Part shown: one piece after another, positions 57,411-64,000 of the stretch
How the letters are laid out: each line of letters begins with the position of its first letter
Position numbering within the stretch: the first letter of the stretch is position 1
Assembly: GCA_963769025.1 (NCBI GenBank)
Contig: CAVYKI010000003.1
Span: forward strand, 320,001-384,000
Source of the DNA: an uncultured Verrucomicrobiae bacterium
GTDB taxonomy: Bacteria; Verrucomicrobiota; Verrucomicrobiia; Chthoniobacterales; Chthoniobacteraceae
Length of the DNA stretch: 64,000 nt
Direction of reading: 5' to 3'
Made by a program: the position numbers and the translations under genes
Notes under the pieces: model-generated
Told to the model about the DNA's origin: nothing
The model's database searches: none
What the model saw: only the letters and a program-made list of their open reading frames with translations

Positions 57411-60400
57411 CTAAGGCAGCAACAGCGCGCGGTAAAAGCGGGAGAGGTGCGTGTCCAGGACGCCCGGGTCCTGCACCTCGGTGGTCGCGCCGGTCGCCTT
57501 GAAGTCCGCGCCGAGCGGCATCCACGTGGGATCGTCGGGGGTGTCCTTGTATTCGATCCGGTAGTTGCGACCGGCGACGGATTTCAGGGTGAGGTAAAAA
57601 TCCGCGCCGTCCGTGCGCACTTCGACAATGCTCAGCGGGTCCGCCGCGTCGCGGGGATTGCTGCGCTGCTGGAACTCCCGAAGGTTCGACACCCCGTCGC
57701 CATCGGCATCGAGCGCGGCGTCGGCGGGATCGTCCGGGTCGAAGAGGTGCAGATTTTCCCAGTAGTCGGGCATTCCGTCGGCATCCGTGTCCAGTGCCGC
57801 GATGGTGCAGTTGCCGTTCGATCTGAGGATCGTGGCATTGGTCGGATTGCTGAGACGTAGCAGAAAATTCGCCGACGGCTGCGCGAGGGTGCCGCCGTTG
57901 ACGCTCACATTCACCTGCGCAGTGGTGGAGCCTGCGAGGAAGGCGAGCGTGCCGGCGGCGGCAGTGTAATTCGTCCCCGCGATGGCCGTGCCGTCCACCG
58001 TGTTGAACTCAATGGTCACGTCGCGCACCGCCGCAGCGGAGAGCGTCACGGTGAATGTCGCCGTCACGGTGGCCGCCGCCGGGCCTTCATTGATGCTCAC
58101 GTCGTCGATGCTCAGCGATGGCAGCGCGCTCTCGACGGCTTTCGCGGCATTCACGCGCCCGTAGCCGTACTCGGGGTGCGTGCCCGCGGTGTAAGTCACG
58201 CCGCCGACCTTGTCGCACGTCGCGCGCAAGATGGCGCGAACCTCGGCCTCGGTGAGCGTCGGATTCACCGAGAGCATGAGCGCCGCGATCCCGGCGGCCA
58301 GCGGCGTCGCCGCCGAGGTGCCGCCGAAGTTCATTTTGTAGTCGCCGGGCGTCCAGCCGACGGCGCCGACGGGATCGAGCGTCGCGATGTCGTTCCACCC
58401 GCCATTGCTCGGCGCGAGAAAGTCGAGATGCCCCGCGTAGCCGCTGTAGTCGCTGCGCAAGTCCGCGTCCGTCGCCGCGCCGACGGCGATGCTTTTCGCA
58501 TAGCTCGCCGGGTAGAGCGAATCCGGCGCGGTGGGATCGGGCGACCCGGTGAATGGCCCGTACGCCAGGCCCGTGAACATTCCGCTGACGCCGTCGAAAA
58601 GCAGGACGTAGAAATCCGAGTCGGGGGAAAAGGAAAACGACTGTGCAAACGCAACCGTCTCCGCGCCGGTCACGGTGAACGGCGGCGTGATGAAGATCGA
58701 ATATTGTCCGTCCATGAGCGGCGGCGAGACGGCCGAGTAAATCCCGCCCGTCCCCTTCAGCGCATTCGCCGTCTCGAACGTCCAGTAGGGCGCGGACGCA
58801 TCGCTCGTGAGGCCCTGCCACCAGCCGGAATTCGTGATGACGAACTGCCCGAACGACAGCCATGACTCAAAATCCTCGTCGGGCAGAATCGAAGGCATGT
58901 GCGTGTAGCCGTTCGCATCGAGCACGCACACGTTGTCGATGCGGATGGTTTCCTCGCCGGCGGAGGTCGCATTTTTCCCGTAGTAAAAGCCGAAGTAATA
59001 GCTGCCGTTCAGCCCCTGCGTGGAGAGCCGCACGCGCCCGCCGCCATTCATCCAAGTGCTCGCGGAGTTGCCCGTCGCGAAAAAAACCGGGCAGCCCTTG
59101 CCCCCTCGCCCGTGCGCCACGGCGTAGTCGATCGCCGCGTTGATGTACGGGCTTTCGCTGCCGCCGCCCCAGCTGTTGCTGAGCACATCCGCAAATGTGG
59201 ATGCATAGATGATCGCCGTGCCGATGCTGGCATCGGTCGCGAAGTCGCCGGTGTCGTCCGCGATCTTCACCGGCAAGATCGTGCAGTCGCCCGCGATGCC
59301 GGCGGTCGCCGCTGCGACGGTGAATTTCCCCGCGGCAATGCCCGCGGTGCCCGTGCCGTGGCCGTTCGAGCCGATGGGCGACGGATTGCTGTCATTGTTC
59401 GCGAAGTCCCAGCCCTGCACGTCGTCGGCAAATCCGTTGCCGTCGTCGTCGAGCAGGTTGGCGTCCTTTCCACCGCCGGCCTCGCCGGGGTTCGTGAAAA
59501 TGCGCAGGCCGGGATGCGCGATGTCCACGCCGTCATCGATGATGGCGATGACCACCGAGCTGTTGCCGGTGGTCCTGTCCCACGCGCTCGTCGCCCGCAC
59601 ATCCGCCCCGGCGACGGCGTGGTTCAGGCCGAGGTTTCGGAGCGCCTGCTGCGCGCTGAAGAGCGGGTTTGGCGGCGTGTAGGCGTGTCTGATCTCGCGG
59701 AGGAAATTCGGCTGCGCCCAGAGCACGCCCTTCGCCTGCGAGAGCGTGCGCGACACTTGCAGCGGATCAGCCGTCTTGGGCTTCAGCAGGCGCAACCGCC
59801 ACGCGTTGATCTTCCCACCGCCCACCCGCGCGACGATTTGCAGCCCGGCGCTCGCCGCGAGCGAACGCATCTGCGGGGGCGTCACATTTTCGCGAAACGC
59901 CGCGAGGATTTCATCCGTCGCGATCATCCGCGTGCGCGACTTCGGATCGACGAGCACGTGCCGCGCGTACGCGACGGAGGGCTCCGCCTGCATCGTCTTC
60001 GGGTCCATCGCCCGGCCCGGCTCCTTGGCGCGCATGATGTGAAAGCTCGCGCCGTTGCGGAACTGCGCGCGCGCGGCCTCGCCGTGCGCGGGAACGCCCT
60101 TGCGCGATTTCAGCGAGCCCAGCCCGCGGTCGCGCTCCGCCTTCGTCGAAAAAGTGATCGCCGCGCTGTCCGTCGCGCGCAGGAGCCGGATCTCCCGTGC
60201 GTCGGGCATGCGGAAAAAATCGCCCGCATCCGCCACCGCGTCCGCGCGCGGGACCGGCTGCGTGTTGAGTTTCCGGAAATCGTGGATGCGCGTCCCCGGC
60301 GGGATGCGCTGCACCTTCACATCCGCGGCACCCGCCGCCAGCCCGAGGCACAGCAGCAGCGCGACGCCACGCAGGGCAAACGCGCGGACGAACGTCGTCA

Positions 60401-60458
60401 CTTTGAAGAAAGCGATCCGTCCGCAAACTGAGCGAATCTTTGCGGCGGTGCGGTTCAA
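57411..60458 (-). CDS. Secreted S8 subtilisin-like protease with inserted domain, Calx-beta and Asp-rich Ca-binding repeats
   Basis: IIDDG, HGT, ATGN, GTSAATP; SIDDVSINEG..DGTAIAG Calx-beta; DTDADGMPDYWE; C-terminal FYR. Confidence 0.92.
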   Translation of the reverse strand: MNRTAAKIRSVCGRIAFFKVTTFVRAFALRGVALLLCLGLAAGAADVKVQRIPPGTRIHDFRKLNTQPVPRADAVADAGDFFRMPDAREIRLLRATDSAAITFSTKAERDRGLGSLKSRKGVPAHGEAARAQFRNGASFHIMRAKEPGRAMDPKTMQAEPSVAYARHVLVDPKSRTRMIATDEILAAFRENVTPPQMRSLAASAGLQIVARVGGGKINAWRLRLLKPKTADPLQVSRTLSQAKGVLWAQPNFLREIRHAYTPPNPLFSAQQALRNLGLNHAVAGADVRATSAWDRTTGNSSVVIAIIDDGVDIAHPGLRIFTNPGEAGGGKDANLLDDDGNGFADDVQGWDFANNDSNPSPIGSNGHGTGTAGIAAGKFTVAAATAGIAGDCTILPVKIADDTGDFATDASIGTAIIYASTFADVLSNSWGGGSESPYINAAIDYAVAHGRGGKGCPVFFATGNSASTWMNGGGRVRLSTQGLNGSYYFGFYYGKNATSAGEETIRIDNVCVLDANGYTHMPSILPDEDFESWLSFGQFVITNSGWWQGLTSDASAPYWTFETANALKGTGGIYSAVSPPLMDGQYSIFITPPFTVTGAETVAFAQSFSFSPDSDFYVLLFDGVSGMFTGLAYGPFTGSPDPTAPDSLYPASYAKSIAVGAATDADLRSDYSGYAGHLDFLAPSNGGWNDIATLDPVGAVGWTPGDYKMNFGGTSAATPLAAGIAALMLSVNPTLTEAEVRAILRATCDKVGGVTYTAGTHPEYGYGRVNAAKAVESALPSLSIDDVSINEGPAAATVTATFTVTLSAAAVRDVTIEFNTVDGTAIAGTNYTAAAGTLAFLAGSTTAQVNVSVNGGTLAQPSANFLLRLSNPTNATILRSNGNCTIAALDTDADGMPDYWENLHLFDPDDPADAALDADGDGVSNLREFQQRSNPRDAADPLSIVEVRTDGADFYLTLKSVAGRNYRIEYKDTPDDPTWMPLGADFKATGATTEVQDPGVLDTHLSRFYRALLLP

Positions 60459-60634
60459 CTTCGGTTCTTCGCGGGGTGGAAAATCACGAGCTACCCCGCA
60501 CCTTTAGCAGCGCACGAGGTGTCCGCAAATGACATCACCGTCCTCCGTCCGACTTCGGAGCGCTCCGCAGACCGCCGCATGTCACCCGCGGAATGTTACG
60601 CGCAGCTTGCGACCTTCACCCCGCGGCGCCGCCG

Positions 60635-61774
60635 CTATCGCACGGAAAACTCGTGGACCGTCGTGGTGCGATACGTTTCGCCGGGCCGCAACACGGTGCT
60701 CGGGAAATTCGGGTGATTCGGGGAATCCGGGAAGTGCTGCGTCTCGAGGCAGAGGGCGAAGTTCTTTTTGTAAACCTTCCCGCCTTTGCCGGTGACGGTG
60801 CCATCGAGGTAGTTCGCCGTGTAGAACTGCACGCCCGGCTCGAGGGTCGAGACCTTCATCACGCGGCCGCTCTTGGGATCGTAAAGTTCCGCCGCGGGCT
60901 TGAGTGCGCGGGATGCGGCTTTTTCGAGGACGAAGTTGTGATCGTAGCCGCCCGGCGTACCCCCGACCTGCGCGATGTCCCTGCCGATGACTTTCGCCTC
61001 CGTGAAATCCATCGGGCCTCCGGCGACGGGCTCGATTTTTCCGGTAGGGATGCTGCCCTCGTCCACCGGCGTGAAGTGGCTCGCGTGCAACATGAGTTCG
61101 TGGCCGAGGATGTCGCCTTCGCCCGCGCCCGCGAGGTTCCAGTAGGCGTGGTTGGTGAGGTTCAGCACGGTCGGCTTGTCCGTCGTGGCCGTGTAGTCGA
61201 TGCGCAGTTCGTTCTTCTCGGTGAGCGTGTACGTCACGGTCGCGCGCAGCGTGCCGGGGTAGCCCTCGTCGCCGTCGGGGCTCGTGAGGGAAAAGCGCAC
61301 GCCGGCCGTCGCGTGCGGGATTTCCGCGGACCAGTTCTTTTTGTCGAAGCCCTTGATGCCGCCGTGCAGGTGGTTCGCGCCGTTGTTCGTCGCGAGCGTG
61401 TATTCCTTGCCGCCGAGCGTGAACTTTCCCTTCGCGATGCGGTTTGCGTAGCGGCCGGCGGTGCTTCCGAAAAACGGATGCGCGCCGAGCCAGCCGTCGA
61501 GCGTGTCGAAGCCGAGCGTGACGTCCGCAAATTTCCCGGCGCGATCCGGCACCGACATGCTCACGAGCGTCGCGCCCCACGTCATCACCCGCGCCGTGAG
61601 CCCGTGCGAGTTCGTGAGCGTGAAAACCTCGACCGCTTCGCCATCCTTCGTCTTTCCGAAAACCTCCTTCTGCACCGCGGGCGTTCCCTTTGCCGCGAGC
61701 GCGGTGCCGGAGGCGGGAAAAATGGCGAAGCCGAGTGCGGCGGAGACGACGGCGAGACGGGAAAGGGTGTTCAT
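60635..61774 (-). CDS. galM: Aldose 1-epimerase (galactose mutarotase) with signal peptide
   Basis: GRYANRIA, NHLHGG, NLTNHAYWNL, GYDHNF, CLETQHFPD. Confidence 0.95.
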   Translation of the reverse strand: MNTLSRLAVVSAALGFAIFPASGTALAAKGTPAVQKEVFGKTKDGEAVEVFTLTNSHGLTARVMTWGATLVSMSVPDRAGKFADVTLGFDTLDGWLGAHPFFGSTAGRYANRIAKGKFTLGGKEYTLATNNGANHLHGGIKGFDKKNWSAEIPHATAGVRFSLTSPDGDEGYPGTLRATVTYTLTEKNELRIDYTATTDKPTVLNLTNHAYWNLAGAGEGDILGHELMLHASHFTPVDEGSIPTGKIEPVAGGPMDFTEAKVIGRDIAQVGGTPGGYDHNFVLEKAASRALKPAAELYDPKSGRVMKVSTLEPGVQFYTANYLDGTVTGKGGKVYKKNFALCLETQHFPDSPNHPNFPSTVLRPGETYRTTTVHEFSVR

Positions 61775-61919
61775 GGCGGGAGGTGTTTCGGAGCCCGCGA
61801 AAAGCCCGCGCCGGAAGGCGGAGTCAATCCGAAAGCCGACGCGCGCCCCGGCGCAAGGGTCACTCAACTCCCGGGTCCCGGACGGGCCCGGCATTTGAAA
61901 TGTCAGCGTCGGGCGCGTT

Positions 61920-62666
61920 TCACTTCACCGGCGCTGTCGGCACGGCGGCGGGCCGCATCCACCCGGCGAGCTGCGGCGCGGCGGCGGGGAGTTCCTTCAT
62001 CACGAGTTCCGCCATGGCCCGCGCGCCCTTCTCGTTGAAGTGCGTGAAGTCGGTCGGCGCGTTCGCAAACTCGGGGCAGCGCTCCCTTCCGAGGCTGCGG
62101 AAAAGCCCGCCGCTCGAGGTGTGCAGATCGATCAGCGCCACTTTCTTCTCGGTGGCGACGGCCTTCATGGATTCGGAATACGGCTGGAGGATGTCCGTGA
62201 GCTTGCCGTCCGCGTCGAACGTGCGGCGGTGCATCGGCGTCACGAAAATCGGCGTCGCATTCACGGCGCGCGCCTCGTCCACGTAGCGGCGGAGGAAATC
62301 GCGGTAGTCCGTCGCCGCGTCGGTGGCCTCGGGCCGTGTCGGGGCGTGCGAGTCGTTGTGGCCGAATTGAATCAGCACCACGTCCGGTTTCTCCGCGAGC
62401 GTGCGCTTCCAGCGCCCCTCGGCGATGAAGGTCTTCGTGCTGCGCCCGCTCGCCGCGAGATTCACCACGCGCACCTTGTCATTGAAATATCCCGCGATGA
62501 ACTGCCCCCAGCCCTTGCACGCGTGTTCCGCGGGATAATCGCACACCGTCGAGTCGCCGATGATCGCGATGGTGAGTTTCTCAGGCGCGGCGGATTTCGC
62601 GGAGGCGAGCATCGCGGCGACGGCCAGCGAGAACGCGGTGGCGAGAAGCAGCGGGCGGCGAAACAT
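61920..62666 (-). CDS. SGNH/GDSL esterase, rhamnogalacturonan acetylesterase (CE12)-like
   Basis: IGDSTV, GWG, SGRST, IQFGHND, DFTHFN. Confidence 0.9.
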   Translation of the reverse strand: MFRRPLLLATAFSLAVAAMLASAKSAAPEKLTIAIIGDSTVCDYPAEHACKGWGQFIAGYFNDKVRVVNLAASGRSTKTFIAEGRWKRTLAEKPDVVLIQFGHNDSHAPTRPEATDAATDYRDFLRRYVDEARAVNATPIFVTPMHRRTFDADGKLTDILQPYSESMKAVATEKKVALIDLHTSSGGLFRSLGRERCPEFANAPTDFTHFNEKGARAMAELVMKELPAAAPQLAGWMRPAAVPTAPVK

Positions 62667-62827
62667 TCGCAATCGTGGTGCTGGTTTCAGTTCTCAGTCT
62701 GGGCTGGCTCGGTCCGCGGTGCGCGATTGTGCGTTTCTAAGTCCGCCATGGATCCCTGCCAAGCAGACAAAACGCAGCCTCGAGAAAACGAGTTGCGGGA
62801 CGCTTCGCAAATGGCCAAGCTGACTTC

Positions 62828-63598
62828 ATGTTCACCCGCCGGGATCAGGTCGCCTGTATCGTCGTCGCGATGGCCGTAGCCGGCACTGGGGCCTGTCTCA
62901 CCATGACGGGTTGCGAGGGACTCGACTACTCGGCGCGCTCGGAGGGCACCGGGTTCCAGATCGTGGGAGCCATCGTCGTCCTTGCAAAATACCATGCGAG
63001 CAACCGCCAGAAGGCCGAGGCGGAGGCACGGGCCCGCAGGGCTCTCGCCCAGGCGGCGACACCGGCTCACGAGCGCAGGCGCGCCGCAGCCCAGGCGGAT
63101 TCGAGGAGAAAGATCGCGGCGGTGGAAAAGGATTACAACCGGCGGATTTCGCAGGCGCAACGCGGCCCGGCCGCGGCTGGGACCTCCGCGGCACAGCTCG
63201 AGTCGGAGAAACAAAAAATGCTGGCCAAGCTCGAGGCGGAGCGGGCGGCTGACGAGGCCCTCCGGCTGCAGGAGTTTCGCTCCCTCGCGGGCGGTTCCAC
63301 CGGTGGCCTGCGGATGGGCGACACCCCGGCCTCCTCCGGCGACAGCATGCCGCTCGCGAGTTCGCGCGACACGGAGGCGATGATGGCCTCGGCTGCGGCC
63401 CATTTGCCGAAGTATGTGGCTGTTTCCGTGCCGCCGCAGGGCATCGCCGCCGAGCAGGGCGGCAAGAGCCTGATCATGCTTTGGGATACGCGACGGGGTC
63501 GATTGGTGGACGGAGACGTCCGCGTGCTGGATCGCACGCTCCGCGACGGGGTGGATTTCAAGGTCGATGGGTATACCGCCCGTTACGCCAGCAGGTAA
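62828..63598 (+). CDS. Hypothetical lipoprotein with coiled coil
   Basis: Lipobox-like MTGC; Ala/Arg/Glu-rich helix; C-terminal YVAV..IMLWDT. Confidence 0.65.
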   Translation: MFTRRDQVACIVVAMAVAGTGACLTMTGCEGLDYSARSEGTGFQIVGAIVVLAKYHASNRQKAEAEARARRALAQAATPAHERRRAAAQADSRRKIAAVEKDYNRRISQAQRGPAAAGTSAAQLESEKQKMLAKLEAERAADEALRLQEFRSLAGGSTGGLRMGDTPASSGDSMPLASSRDTEAMMASAAAHLPKYVAVSVPPQGIAAEQGGKSLIMLWDTRRGRLVDGDVRVLDRTLRDGVDFKVDGYTARYASR

Positions 63599-63743
63599 GT
63601 GCTGAACGTTCGGGAGTGAAACGCCGCGCGGCGTCCGCTTGGAGAAGCCGTGCGATTGTGCGCAAATCCAGCGTCCATGCGCGTTTTACGAGTTTCTCGT
63701 TGCCTGTACGGGGCCCGGATCGCTAGCGTCCCGCTCCGTCCCC

Positions 63744-64000
63744 ATGAAAATCAACGCATCCATCCAATCAGCGGCTCTGGCATTCATCGCAATGGCACTG
63801 CCGGTCCACGCAGGTCACGAAGTCGTCGCTTCCAAGAATCCGGTCGCGCCCGAGACGCAGTACGAAGGCGGCCGCGGCTTGCTGACCATCGAAGGTCCAT
63901 CCGGACTTTTCATCAACCCGACCTCGGGCACCCTTCCGGCGCATGCGTTCACGGCGCAGTATTGCTTTTTCATGCCGAACAACGAGTCATCGCCGGTGAT
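63744..64000 (+). CDS. Secreted hypothetical protein, 5' part only
   Basis: MKINASIQSAALAFIAMALPVHA signal, then EGGRGLLTIEGPSGLFINPTS; open to the window end. Confidence 0.7.
   Translation, partial: MKINASIQSAALAFIAMALPVHAGHEVVASKNPVAPETQYEGGRGLLTIEGPSGLFINPTSGTLPAHAFTAQYCFFMPNNESSPV

Overview
High-GC bacterial DNA. The gene content points to the PVC superphylum, most likely Verrucomicrobia (Chthoniobacter-like); this is an inference from PSD1/DUF1553, DUF1501, PVC haem-CxxCH and TIGR02989-like ECF sigma genes. Single-base indels are scattered throughout and are very dense at about 38.4-49.7 kb, as expected of an imperfect long-read consensus. In order: (1) a PPi-dependent PEP carboxykinase gene with an apparent internal deletion, then pabB and tRNA-Glu(CTC); (2) a minus-strand ECF sigma / FecR-LamG / PSD1 / sulfatase / GH16 kappa-carrageenase-like / PSD1 / DUF1501 / sulfatase locus, which contains a second deletion junction and a 27-bp repeat; (3) a PVC haem protein, a Tat esterase and three paralogous beta-propeller proteins; (4) the main candidate for an undescribed system, an 18-kb biosynthetic cluster with a single-module highly reducing type I PKS (KS-AT-DH-cMT-ER-KR-ACP), a free-standing condensation domain, a desaturase, an alpha/beta hydrolase, an ABC exporter, a methyltransferase-like protein, a LolA-like protein and a divergent AsnB amidotransferase; (5) a three-gene signalling unit (small helical protein, KaiC/RAD55-like ATPase, PAS hybrid kinase) behind a long inverted repeat; (6) TPR protein, amidase, S8 protease with an inserted domain, galM, SGNH esterase and hypotheticals. 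All family calls come from motif recognition; no searches were run.
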